This document shows positions 26,700-36,911 of a DNA stretch of 39,367 nucleotides, piece after piece. Within the stretch, counting starts at the first letter, position 1, and each line of letters starts with the position of its first letter. A program made the position numbers and the translations under genes. The DNA is taken from the sequence record SRR20825010_1490; one strand, 5' to 3'. Below the pieces are notes generated by a model. It did no database searches. It saw only the letters and a list, made by a program, of their open reading frames with translations, and was not told the DNA's origin.

Positions 26700-28106
26700 A
26701 TGAAACTAAACAATCTATTTTTAAGTCTTATTGTAATTTTTACTTGCTTTTCTTGTAAAGAAGAGCCGAAGAAAGCTACTGCTGAATTACAAGACCCAGC
26801 CGATAAAATTATCAGTCAAATTGTTGTGCCTAACTTTCCTGATAAAAATTTCAATATTAAAGATTACGGAGCAGTAAACGATGGGGAAACAAATAATTCA
26901 AAAGCTATTAAAGATGCTATAAAAGCATGTAATGATGCTGGAGGAGGAAAAGTAATTGTTCCTAAAGGAAAGTATGTTACAGGGCCAATTCATTTATTAA
27001 GTAATGTGAATTTTCATTTAGAAGAAGGAGCAGAAATACTTTTTACAAAAGATAAAAAAGCTTATTTGCCTGTAGTTCACACTTCTTATGAAGGGGTGGA
27101 ATTGATGAATTACTCTCCATTAATCTATGCATATAAACAAAAAAATATTGCAGTAACAGGAAAAGGAACTTTTAACGGACAAGCAGGGAAAGATAATTGG
27201 TGGCCTTGGTGTGGAGCAGAGCGTTACGGTCATATTGAAGGAGAGCCTCAGCAAAAAGATTCTGTAAATCTTCCGAGACTTCGAAAAATGAATGAAGCTG
27301 GAACTCCTGTTGCAGAACGTGTTTTTGGAGAAGGTTATCAATTGCGACCTACATTTTTTGAGCCATTTGAATGTGAAAATATTTTAGTTAAGGATGTTAC
27401 GTTTACCAATGCGCCTTTTTGGGTTATGCATCCTATAAAATCTGTAAATATTACGGTGGATGGAGTTACGGTTCGTAGTCATGGACCAAATAACGACGGT
27501 TGCGACCCAGAGTATTCTAAAAATGTTCATATAAAAAATTGCTTATTTGATACAGGAGATGATTGTATTGCCATTAAATCGGGAAGAAACGATGATGGTA
27601 GACGTGTAAACATACCAAGTGAAAATATTGTGGTCGAAAACTGTGAAATGAAAGATGGTCATGGTGGTGTAGTAATGGGAAGCGAAATTTCTGCGGGCGT
27701 ACGAAATGTATATGTTAGAAACTGTAAAATGGATAGTCCTAATTTAGATAGAGCTATCAGAATAAAAACAAATACTCTTAGAGGAGGTTTTGTGGAAAAT
27801 GTTTTTGTAAAAAATATTGAAGTAGGTCAAGTAAAAGAAGCTTTTTTAAAGGTAAATACACACTACGGAATTTATGCTAATCAAGAAGGAGATTATATGC
27901 CTTCTATTAAAAATATTCATATTGAAGATGTAAAAGTAGACAATGGTGGGAAGTACGGAATTTTAGTGCGAGGCAGAGAAGCGTTACCAGTTAAAAATAT
28001 TACGTTTAAAAATGTGGTAATAAATAAGGCAGCTACTCCTATGCTTATTGAACATTCAGAACCGATTCAATTTACAAATACATCAATTAACGGAAAACAA
28101 TATTAA
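26700..28106 (+). CDS. GH28 polygalacturonase, lipoprotein
   Basis: Lipobox FSC; NNDG, GDDC.AIKSG, GHGG..GSE and RIKT motifs. Confidence 0.93.
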   Translation: MKLNNLFLSLIVIFTCFSCKEEPKKATAELQDPADKIISQIVVPNFPDKNFNIKDYGAVNDGETNNSKAIKDAIKACNDAGGGKVIVPKGKYVTGPIHLLSNVNFHLEEGAEILFTKDKKAYLPVVHTSYEGVELMNYSPLIYAYKQKNIAVTGKGTFNGQAGKDNWWPWCGAERYGHIEGEPQQKDSVNLPRLRKMNEAGTPVAERVFGEGYQLRPTFFEPFECENILVKDVTFTNAPFWVMHPIKSVNITVDGVTVRSHGPNNDGCDPEYSKNVHIKNCLFDTGDDCIAIKSGRNDDGRRVNIPSENIVVENCEMKDGHGGVVMGSEISAGVRNVYVRNCKMDSPNLDRAIRIKTNTLRGGFVENVFVKNIEVGQVKEAFLKVNTHYGIYANQEGDYMPSIKNIHIEDVKVDNGGKYGILVRGREALPVKNITFKNVVINKAATPMLIEHSEPIQFTNTSINGKQY

Positions 28107-28123
28107 ACACTTATTTTACAAGA

Positions 28124-29770
28124 ATGAATTTACGCCAATCAAAACTATTTTTTATTTTATCTCTACTAGTAAGTTTTTCCTACGGACAAAACCCAGACAA
28201 TTATAAGTCTAAAGTGTGGGTTGCAGACCAAGGAGATGGAACTTATAAAAATCCAATTCTGTATGCCGATTATTCAGATCCAGATGTGGTACGTGTGGGA
28301 GACGATTATTTTATGACTGCCTCCAGCTTTAACTGTGCGCCTGGATTGCCCATTTTACACTCTAAGGACATGGTAAATTGGAAGCTAATTAATTATGCGT
28401 TGCCCGAGCAAGTTCCAGTAGACCATTTCTCGGTTCCGCAACACGGTAATGGAGTTTGGGCGCCAAGTATTCGTTACCATAACAATGAAGTTTATATTTA
28501 TTGGGGAGATCCAGATTTTGGAATTTATATGGTAAAGACCAAAGATCCTTTTGGAGAATGGGAGGCACCAGTATTAGTAATGGAAGCTAAAGGAGCAATT
28601 GATCCTAGTCCGCTTTGGGATGATAATGGAAAAGCATATATAGTACACGCTTGGGCTGGGAGTCGTGCTGGGGTAAAAAGTTTGTTGACGGTTCATGAAA
28701 TGAATGCTGATGGAACCAAAGTTCTCGATAGTGGAAAACATGTTTTTGATGGTCATGAAAATCATCCTACTGTTGAAGGGTCTAAATTTTATAAGAGAAA
28801 TGGATATTATTACATTTTTGCGCCTGCGGGAGGAGTTGCTACAGGATGGCAGCTTATTTTGAGGTCTAAAGATGTATATGGGCCTTATGAGGAGAAAGTC
28901 GTATTAGAACAAGGAAGTACTAAAATTAATGGGCCACATCAAGGAGCGTGGGTGGATACTCCAAATGGAGAATCATGGTTTTATCATTTTCAAGACGTAG
29001 ATGCTTATGGTAGGATTGTGCATTTACAACCCATGAGTTGGAAAAACGATTGGCCAGTAATGGGAGAAGATTACGATAAAAACGGAATTGGAGAGCCAGT
29101 TGCAATACACAAAAAACCTAATGTTGGAAAATCTTATTCTATAGTTACTCCAGTTGAGACTGATGAGTTTGATATGGACGAATTAGGATTACAATGGCAA
29201 TGGCAAGCAAATCCAAATGTACTTTGGAACGCACAATTTAGAAATACCGATTATTTAAGACTTTTCTCTATAAAAGTTCCAGAAGAGAGTCCTAATTTAT
29301 GGATGGTTCCAAATTTATTATTACAAAAATTTCCAGCTCCAAATTTTTCAGCATCCACAAAGGTTAAATTGTTTCCAGAAGAGGCAGAGAGTGGTAAAAG
29401 CGCTGGACTTATAATTATGGGGATGGATTATGCAACCCTTACCATTTCATTAGATAAAGAGGGGTATTATATTACCCAAACAGAAGCTTTAGGAGCCATT
29501 AAAGGAAATGCAGAAAATGAAAATGCTAAAGAGCGAATCAAAAGTAATGAGGTTTATTTTAAAGTAACGGTTACAGCTCCAGATGCAACGTGTCAGTTTA
29601 GCTATAGCGAAAATGGAAGAAATTATAAAAAGATAGGAAAACCTTTTAAGGCACAACCAGGAAAATGGATTGGTGCCAAAGTAGGGATATTTAGTGTGAG
29701 TACTCAAGAAGCAAAACGTGGTGGGTATGCAGATTTTGATTGGTTTAAAGTGGAGCCTAATGAAAACTAA
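28124..29770 (+). CDS. GH43 beta-xylosidase/arabinofuranosidase (GH43_10-like) with C-terminal beta-sandwich
   Basis: NPIL..DYSDPD, WAPS, IDP, EG and GPHQG motifs. Confidence 0.9.
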   Translation: MNLRQSKLFFILSLLVSFSYGQNPDNYKSKVWVADQGDGTYKNPILYADYSDPDVVRVGDDYFMTASSFNCAPGLPILHSKDMVNWKLINYALPEQVPVDHFSVPQHGNGVWAPSIRYHNNEVYIYWGDPDFGIYMVKTKDPFGEWEAPVLVMEAKGAIDPSPLWDDNGKAYIVHAWAGSRAGVKSLLTVHEMNADGTKVLDSGKHVFDGHENHPTVEGSKFYKRNGYYYIFAPAGGVATGWQLILRSKDVYGPYEEKVVLEQGSTKINGPHQGAWVDTPNGESWFYHFQDVDAYGRIVHLQPMSWKNDWPVMGEDYDKNGIGEPVAIHKKPNVGKSYSIVTPVETDEFDMDELGLQWQWQANPNVLWNAQFRNTDYLRLFSIKVPEESPNLWMVPNLLLQKFPAPNFSASTKVKLFPEEAESGKSAGLIIMGMDYATLTISLDKEGYYITQTEALGAIKGNAENENAKERIKSNEVYFKVTVTAPDATCQFSYSENGRNYKKIGKPFKAQPGKWIGAKVGIFSVSTQEAKRGGYADFDWFKVEPNEN

Positions 29771-32216
29771 GTTTTATACGTTATTATTATTTTTATGTAT
29801 TACCATTGGGAATGCTCAAAGCAATCATGTTTTATGGTATGATGAGCCTGCCGATAATTGGAATGAAGCGCTGCCCATAGGAAATGGGAGAATTGGCGCT
29901 ATGTTATATGGAGGTGAAAAAGTTGATCAAATTCAGCTAAACGAAGAAACTGTTTGGGCTGGTAGCCCAGGAAATAATATTGCTAAAGATTATTATCAAG
30001 ATGTAGAGTCTATTAGAGAACTACTATTTAATGGAAAATATACAGAAGCTCAACAAAAAGCTTTAGAAGTTTTTCCTAAAAATACTCCAGACAATACTAA
30101 CTACGGAATGCCATACCAAACAGTAGGAAATATTAAATTGGCATTTAAAAACCATAATAAAATTTCCAATTTCCGAAGAGAATTAAATATTGAAAATGCT
30201 GTAGCAAAAGTTAGTTATTTGGCCGATGGAGTTCAATACAATAGACAGTATTTTGTTTCATATCCAGATCAGGTTATGGCAATTCATCTCCAAGCAAATA
30301 AATCAGAGAAATTGAATTTTGATATTGAAATTCAAAGTGCTCAAAAGCATGTAGCTTCTATTGAAAATAACATACTTCATTTAAAAGGCGTTAGTGAAAC
30401 CCGTGAAAATAAACCAGGAAAAGTAAAGTTTAGTACACTAATTTATCCTAAGATAATTGGAGAAGGGAAAATAGTAAGCAGGGAAGGAAAACTTAGTGTA
30501 GAAAAAGCACAAGAAGTACTACTTTTTATAAGTATAGGTACAAACTTTAAAAAGTACAACGATTTATCTAATGCCGAAGACGAAGTTGCTTTAAAGTTTT
30601 TAAATAATGTTAAAAATAAATCTATAGAAGCATTGTTAGAATCCCATATTGAAGATTATCAGGACTTATTTAAGCGAGTAGATTTAAAATTAGGAAAAGA
30701 AAACTTGAGCAACCTAACTACAGATGAAAGGTTGAAAACATTTTCTAAAAATCATGATTTATCTTTGATTTCCTTATACTTTCAATTTGGACGGTATTTA
30801 TTAATTTCGAGTTCTAGAGAAGGCGGGCAACCAGCAAACCTGCAAGGAATTTGGAATAATAAATTATCGCCGCCATGGGACAGTAAATACACAGTAAATA
30901 TTAATACTGAAATGAATTATTGGCCAGCAGAAGTTACTAACTTATCAGAACTTCATGCTCCTTTATTTTCAATGCTAGAAGATTTATCGGAAACGGGGAA
31001 GGAAAGTGCTCATAAAATGTATCATGCTAGAGGATGGAATATGCATCATAACACAGATATATGGCGAATTTCTGGAATTGTAGACGGAGGTTTTTATGGA
31101 TTTTGGCCAATGGGAGGCGCATGGTTAAGTCAGCATTTATGGCAGCATTTTTTATTTACAGGAGATATAAATTTTTTAAAAAAGTATTATCCAATTTTAA
31201 AAGAAACAGCACTTTTTTATGTTGATGTTTTACAAAAAGAACCTAAAAATGGATGGCTTGTAGTAACGCCTTCCATCTCTCCAGAAAATAAATACATCGA
31301 TGGTGTAGGGGTAACTTATGGTACAACTATGGATAATCAATTGGTTTTTGATGTTTTTAATAATGTCATTACTGCAGCAAAAACTTTAAATATAGATGCC
31401 GATTTTATTAAGGTGGTTGAAGAGAAGAAGTCAAAATTACCGCCTATGCAAATAGGAAAACACGGTCAATTACAAGAGTGGATTGAAGATTGGGATAACC
31501 CTAATAATAAACATAGGCATATCTCTCATTTATACGGGTTATATCCATCGGCTCAAATATCTCCTTTTAAAAATCCAGAACTATTTCAGGCGTCAAGAAA
31601 TACATTAAATCAGCGAGGCGATAAATCTACAGGGTGGTCTATGGGTTGGAAAGTAAATTTTTTGGCAAGAATGCTAAATGGAAATCGTGCTTATAAATTA
31701 ATACAAGAACAACTTACCATGGTGGAAGATGGAACCACTTCTGGAGGAATCTATCCTAATTTATTTGATGCACATCCTCCTTTTCAGATTGATGGTAATT
31801 TTGGTTGTACAGCGGGGATTGCAGAGATGTTAATTCAATCTCATGATGAGGCATTATTTCTCTTACCTGCATTGCCATCCGATTGGGATAAAGGAGGTGT
31901 AAAAGGACTTATGGCGAGAGGTGGTTTTGAAGTAGATTTAAATTGGACTCATAACAAACTTGTATCGGTAAAAGTTAAGTCTAAACTTGGTGGGAATTTG
32001 CGTATTCGTACAAAAGAAGTTTTGCTTGATGCTTCTGGGAAGGAATTACCAAAAGCATTGGGAGAAAATAAAAATTTGTTTTATCAAAATCCGTCAATAA
32101 AAGACGTTATTATTTCAAAAGACGCACAATTAGAAGACGAAGAGGAGTATAATTTTTATTTGTACGAGATTCCTACAAAAAAAGGAACTTCTTATAGTTT
32201 TATAACCAAAGAATAA
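29760..32216 (+). CDS. GH95 alpha-L-fucosidase/alpha-L-galactosidase
   Basis: [50 protein letters not shown] and [11 protein letters not shown] motifs. The signal peptide begins at ATG 29760. Confidence 0.93.
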   Translation: MKTKFYTLLLFLCITIGNAQSNHVLWYDEPADNWNEALPIGNGRIGAMLYGGEKVDQIQLNEETVWAGSPGNNIAKDYYQDVESIRELLFNGKYTEAQQKALEVFPKNTPDNTNYGMPYQTVGNIKLAFKNHNKISNFRRELNIENAVAKVSYLADGVQYNRQYFVSYPDQVMAIHLQANKSEKLNFDIEIQSAQKHVASIENNILHLKGVSETRENKPGKVKFSTLIYPKIIGEGKIVSREGKLSVEKAQEVLLFISIGTNFKKYNDLSNAEDEVALKFLNNVKNKSIEALLESHIEDYQDLFKRVDLKLGKENLSNLTTDERLKTFSKNHDLSLISLYFQFGRYLLISSSREGGQPANLQGIWNNKLSPPWDSKYTVNINTEMNYWPAEVTNLSELHAPLFSMLEDLSETGKESAHKMYHARGWNMHHNTDIWRISGIVDGGFYGFWPMGGAWLSQHLWQHFLFTGDINFLKKYYPILKETALFYVDVLQKEPKNGWLVVTPSISPENKYIDGVGVTYGTTMDNQLVFDVFNNVITAAKTLNIDADFIKVVEEKKSKLPPMQIGKHGQLQEWIEDWDNPNNKHRHISHLYGLYPSAQISPFKNPELFQASRNTLNQRGDKSTGWSMGWKVNFLARMLNGNRAYKLIQEQLTMVEDGTTSGGIYPNLFDAHPPFQIDGNFGCTAGIAEMLIQSHDEALFLLPALPSDWDKGGVKGLMARGGFEVDLNWTHNKLVSVKVKSKLGGNLRIRTKEVLLDASGKELPKALGENKNLFYQNPSIKDVIISKDAQLEDEEEYNFYLYEIPTKKGTSYSFITKE

Positions 32217-32335
32217 TTTAATCCCATAGAGGGTTTAAGTCCCTAGGTCTTGTCCTGAGTTTGCCTAAAGACTCTGTGTAGAAATAAGTAAAAGGAGCTG
32301 AATAAATCGAAGGTTTTTAAAATAGACTCCTAGCT
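32217..32335. repeat. Decayed intergenic repeat (MITE-like) copy
   Basis: Contains a 31-bp segment matching 9659-9690 (29/32). It is the only large non-coding gap in the enzyme part of the PUL. Confidence 0.55.
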
Positions 32336-32500
32336 ATTAATAAAAATGAATTAAAAGAGGGTTTTAGTAATGTTGTTTCTTTAAACTACTTGTTTTATGG
32401 CAGTTAAGATTTAGTCTTTTTTCTTATAGTGAAGCGGTCTTGTATTTTTACTAGGACATTAATGATTTAAAATTAAAATGTATAACATAAATATATTCTT

Positions 32501-34210
32501 GTGAAGAACAAATTTCAAAATACTTATACTTTCAAAATGCATATTCTAATATGTATATTATTAAGTTTTACCATAGGAATGTCTCAAGAAATTGAGCCTG
32601 TCCCCTCTTCGATTTATGAAAATGTAGCTATTGAGATGTCAAAAGTGCCGTTGGTTTCTTTTCCAAAATTAACTGTTAGTATTGAAAAATATGGTGCCGT
32701 TGCTGGAGGGTTGGAGAAGAATACACAAGCTATAGAAAAGGCAATTAGTGAGGTGTCTAAAAATGGAGGTGGAACTGTTAAAATCCCGAGAGGTATTTGG
32801 TTAACAGGCCCTATTACATTAAAGAGTAATATTAATCTTCATTTAGAAGATGGTGCTTTGTTGTTATTCAGTAAAAATTTTGAAGATTATCCTTTGATTG
32901 ATACCAGTTTTGAAGGCTTAAATACCATGCGCTGTATCTCTCCAATAAATGCAATGAATGTTGAGAATATTGCAATTACAGGGAAAGGTGTTATTGATGG
33001 AAATGGAGATGCGTGGAGACCTGTAAAGAAGGGAAAAATGACTTCAAAGCAATGGGATAATTTAGTAGCTTCTGGAGGAGTGCTTTCTGAAGACGGGAAA
33101 ATATGGTTTCCAACAAAAAGCTCTAAAAAAGGATTTGATAGCAGAGAATATTTTAATGTGCCTAATCTTACAAAAAAAGAAGACTTAGAATCGGTGAAAG
33201 ATTTTCTTCGTCCAGTAATGGTAAGCATTGTAAATTGTAATAAAGTGTTATTAGATGGGCCAACATTTCAGAATTCTCCTGCTTGGAATATTCATCCATT
33301 AATGAGTGAGAATGTAATTATAAGAAATCTTAAGGTAAGAAATCCTTGGTACAGTCAAAATGGAGATGGATTAGATTTAGAATCTTGTAAAAATGTTTTA
33401 ATCTACAATAATACTTTTGATGTTGGAGACGATGCCATTTGCATTAAATCTGGTAAAGATAAAGACGGTCGAGATAGAGGCATTCCTACTGAAAATGTTA
33501 TTGTTAAAAATAATACCGTTTATCATGCTCATGGAGGGTTTGTAATAGGGAGTGAAATGTCTGGAGGTGTAAAAAATATACATGTATCTAATTGTAATTT
33601 TATTGGAACCGATGTTGGTTTGCGTTTTAAAAGTACTCGTGGAAGAGGGGGAGTGGTAGAGAACATCTATATATCTGACATTAATATGATAAATATTCCT
33701 ACGGAAGCTATTCGGTTTAATATGTTTTATAGCGGAAACGCTCCTATTTTAGAAGAAAATCAAAAAGCAGAAGATGAACAAAGAGACGAACAAAAGGTTG
33801 CTGTAACTGAAGAAACTCCTGTTTTTAAAAATATTTATATGAAAAATATCATAGCAACAAATTCAGGAAAAGCAGCTTTTTTTATGGGACTTCCAGAGAA
33901 AAGTTTAGAAAATGTAACCTTAGAAAATGCGATGCTTGAAGCTGATGAAGGAATTACTGTAATTGATACTCGTGGTCTTCAGCTAAAAAATGTAAAAGTG
34001 ATTAGCAAGAAAACAGAAGCGCTTATCATTTATAATTCTAATGATATTGTTGTTGAAGGTTTTACTTTTTCTGATAATGGTAAAAAGGCCGTTAAGGTTT
34101 TAGGTACAACTTCTTCTGAGATTAAATTAGAGTTGGCAGACTTTAACAATGTAAAGCAACAAATATCAATTGCTAAATCATTATCAAAAGAAACCGTATC
34201 TTTTCAGTAG
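32501..34210 (+). CDS. GH28 polygalacturonase/exo-polygalacturonidase (start GTG 32501 or ATG 32537)
   Basis: NGDG, GDDAICIKSG, HGG..GSE and RFKS motifs. Confidence 0.93.
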   Translation: MKNKFQNTYTFKMHILICILLSFTIGMSQEIEPVPSSIYENVAIEMSKVPLVSFPKLTVSIEKYGAVAGGLEKNTQAIEKAISEVSKNGGGTVKIPRGIWLTGPITLKSNINLHLEDGALLLFSKNFEDYPLIDTSFEGLNTMRCISPINAMNVENIAITGKGVIDGNGDAWRPVKKGKMTSKQWDNLVASGGVLSEDGKIWFPTKSSKKGFDSREYFNVPNLTKKEDLESVKDFLRPVMVSIVNCNKVLLDGPTFQNSPAWNIHPLMSENVIIRNLKVRNPWYSQNGDGLDLESCKNVLIYNNTFDVGDDAICIKSGKDKDGRDRGIPTENVIVKNNTVYHAHGGFVIGSEMSGGVKNIHVSNCNFIGTDVGLRFKSTRGRGGVVENIYISDINMINIPTEAIRFNMFYSGNAPILEENQKAEDEQRDEQKVAVTEETPVFKNIYMKNIIATNSGKAAFFMGLPEKSLENVTLENAMLEADEGITVIDTRGLQLKNVKVISKKTEALIIYNSNDIVVEGFTFSDNGKKAVKVLGTTSSEIKLELADFNNVKQQISIAKSLSKETVSFQ

Positions 34211-34263
34211 TAAATTAACTCGGAGATATTGATGTCTCAATTATCGAGTAAAACCAACCAACT

Positions 34264-36900
34264 ATGAAGCAATTAACTACGATTCTATTTCTTTTTTTAA
34301 GTTTTAATTTTTGTTTTTCGCAATCAGAAAAATATCCATTTCAAAATACCGAATTACCTGAAGATGAGCGTGTAAACGATTTAATAAATAGATTAACAGT
34401 AGACGAAAAAATAGCGCAATTACTGTATCAATCTCCAGCAATTGAAAGATTAGGAATTCCAGCATACAACTGGTGGAATGAGTCTTTACACGGCGTAGCT
34501 CGAGCAGGATATGCAACAGTATTTCCTCAATCTATCACTATTGCAGCCTCTTGGGATGATGAATTGGTTGCTGAGGTTGCAAATGTAATTTCAGATGAAG
34601 CGAGAGCAAAACACCATGAGTATCTCCGGAGAGGACAACATGATATTTACCAAGGACTAACTTTTTGGTCGCCTAACATCAATATTTTTAGAGACCCTCG
34701 CTGGGGTCGTGGTCATGAAACTTATGGAGAAGATCCATATTTAACAGGAGTTTTAGGAACAGAATATGTAAAAGGATTACAAGGAAACAATGCTAAGTAT
34801 TTAAAAGTGGTGGCTACCGCAAAACACTTTGCTGTGCATTCGGGACCAGAGCCTCTAAGACATGAGTTTGATGTAGCTCCTTCTCAACGAGATTTGTGGG
34901 AAACGTATTTACCAGCTTTCCGAACTTTAGTAAAAGATGGGAATGTGTATTCTATTATGACGGCTTATAATAGAATTTATGGAGAAGCGGCCAGCGCAAG
35001 TAATTCGTTATATTCTATTTTAAGAGATAAATGGGGCTTTAATGGCTATGTAGTTTCAGATTGTGGAGCAATTGCAGATATGTGGAAAACACATCATGTA
35101 GCTAAAGATGCTGCCGAAGCTTCTGCAATGGCGGTTAAAGAAGGATGCGATTTAAACTGTGGGAATTCCTATGAAAAACTTACAGATGCTCTTCAAGATG
35201 GACTTATTACAGAAGCAGATTTAGATGTTGCGCTTCACCGATTGATGCGTGCACGTTTTAAACTTGGAATGTTTGATTCAGATGAAAAAGTACCTTATGC
35301 AAAGATTCCTTTTTCAGTAAATAATAATCCAAAACATAAGGTGTTAGCACTTAAAGCGGCTCAAAAAAGTATTGTCTTATTAAAAAATGAGAATGCTATT
35401 TTACCATTGTCTAAAAATCTAAAAAATATAGCTGTTATTGGTCCAAATGTCGATAATATACAATCGCTTTGGGGGAATTATAATGGAATGCCAAAAAATC
35501 CTGTTACCGTTTTAGAAGGAATAAAAAATAAAGTGGGAGCACAAGTAAATGTACATTTTGAGGAAGGAGCGCCATTAGCAAAAGGAATCCCAACTATGGA
35601 AGTAATTCCATCAGCATATTTTTCTACAGAAGACGGAAAGCAAGGTCTTACAGCAGCATATTACAATAGTACAGAATGGAAAGGAGCACCTCTTTTTACT
35701 AGGGTAGATCAAGCTGTAAATTTTCAATGGGATATTGATACGCCAGACTCACGTTTAAAAATAGGAAATTATAGCGTGCGTTGGTCGGGTTACATAACAC
35801 CTCCTAAATCGGGGACGTATTATTTTAGCGATTGGGGAAAGCCATTTATGGCGTTTACAATTTCCGATACTATAAAAGGAGGAGGCACGCATGAGCATCA
35901 TGCGGTTATAAACCCAAAAAATATGTATTTAGAGGAAGGTGAAAAGTATAAAATTGAAATAAGATATAACAATTATTATGGAGATGCTACTGCAAAAATG
36001 ATGTGGAGTATTCCTACAGAAAACCAACTTGAAAAAGCAGTATTAGCAGCTAATAAATCGGATGTAGTAGTATTGGCTTTAGGGTTAAATGAACGGTTAG
36101 AGGGAGAAGAAATGAAGGTAGAAGTAGAAGGATTTGCCGATGGCGATCGTACTAGCTTAAATCTTCCTAAAAAGCAGGTTGAGTTAATGAAGGAAGTAGT
36201 TGCTACAGGAAAACCAGTAGTACTTGTATTACTTAATGGAAGCGCATTATCTATTAATTGGGCTTCAGAGAATATTCCTGCTATAATTTCAGCTGGCTAC
36301 CCAGGGCAAGAAGGTGGAAATGCTATTGCAAATGTATTGTTTGGCGATTATAACCCTGCGGGAAGACTTCCTGTAACTTATTATAAATCGGTTGACGATT
36401 TGCCACCTTTTGAAGATTATAATATGGATGGGCGGACGTATAAATATTTTAAAAAAGAACCGCTTTATCCTTTTGGGTATGGATTAAGTTATACAAAATT
36501 TAAATATTCAAATCTAGAAATTCCTTTAGAAATAAAAATAAACGAGCCTATAAAAGTTTCCGTTCAAGTTGCTAATGAGGGAGATTTTGATGGCGATGAG
36601 GTTGTTCAATTGTATGTAAGAGATGAAGAAGGCTCTACTCCTAGGCCTATTTGTGAATTGGTTGGGTTTAAAAGAATTCATCTAAAAAAAGGTGCTAAGC
36701 AGAAGGTAGAATTTACTATTCAGCCTAGGGAGTTAGCAATGATAAATAAGGATGATAAATTTGTAATTGAGCCTGGTTGGTTCTCTATTTCTGTAGGAGG
36801 TTCACAACCAAATTTCACAGAAAATAAACATATTAATTCTACAAACACATTAATCGGAAGGGTTGAAATAAAAGGAAAAACTACCGAATTAGAATTTTAA
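34264..36900 (+). CDS. GH3 beta-xylosidase-type glycosidase with PA14 insert and FN3 tail
   Basis: WWNE.LHG, WSPNINI.RDPRWGRG.ETYGED, KHFA and SDCGA motifs, a PA14-like insert, EGEE and GRTY.Y. Confidence 0.93.
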   Translation: MKQLTTILFLFLSFNFCFSQSEKYPFQNTELPEDERVNDLINRLTVDEKIAQLLYQSPAIERLGIPAYNWWNESLHGVARAGYATVFPQSITIAASWDDELVAEVANVISDEARAKHHEYLRRGQHDIYQGLTFWSPNINIFRDPRWGRGHETYGEDPYLTGVLGTEYVKGLQGNNAKYLKVVATAKHFAVHSGPEPLRHEFDVAPSQRDLWETYLPAFRTLVKDGNVYSIMTAYNRIYGEAASASNSLYSILRDKWGFNGYVVSDCGAIADMWKTHHVAKDAAEASAMAVKEGCDLNCGNSYEKLTDALQDGLITEADLDVALHRLMRARFKLGMFDSDEKVPYAKIPFSVNNNPKHKVLALKAAQKSIVLLKNENAILPLSKNLKNIAVIGPNVDNIQSLWGNYNGMPKNPVTVLEGIKNKVGAQVNVHFEEGAPLAKGIPTMEVIPSAYFSTEDGKQGLTAAYYNSTEWKGAPLFTRVDQAVNFQWDIDTPDSRLKIGNYSVRWSGYITPPKSGTYYFSDWGKPFMAFTISDTIKGGGTHEHHAVINPKNMYLEEGEKYKIEIRYNNYYGDATAKMMWSIPTENQLEKAVLAANKSDVVVLALGLNERLEGEEMKVEVEGFADGDRTSLNLPKKQVELMKEVVATGKPVVLVLLNGSALSINWASENIPAIISAGYPGQEGGNAIANVLFGDYNPAGRLPVTYYKSVDDLPPFEDYNMDGRTYKYFKKEPLYPFGYGLSYTKFKYSNLEIPLEIKINEPIKVSVQVANEGDFDGDEVVQLYVRDEEGSTPRPICELVGFKRIHLKKGAKQKVEFTIQPRELAMINKDDKFVIEPGWFSISVGGSQPNFTENKHINSTNTLIGRVEIKGKTTELEF

Positions 36901-36911
36901 ATAAAACCATT

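Noticed and set aside
29718-29759. Longer N-terminus for GH95
   Set aside because: It lies inside GH43, and the signal peptide starts at ATG 29760.
34218-34249. Imperfect hairpin between GH28 and GH3
   Set aside because: The stems are short and bulged with no T-tract, which is insufficient support for a terminator.
4522-34516. Numerous 60-116 aa ORFs antisense to or nested in larger genes
   Set aside because: These are shadow ORFs of well-supported genes with no recognisable motifs.
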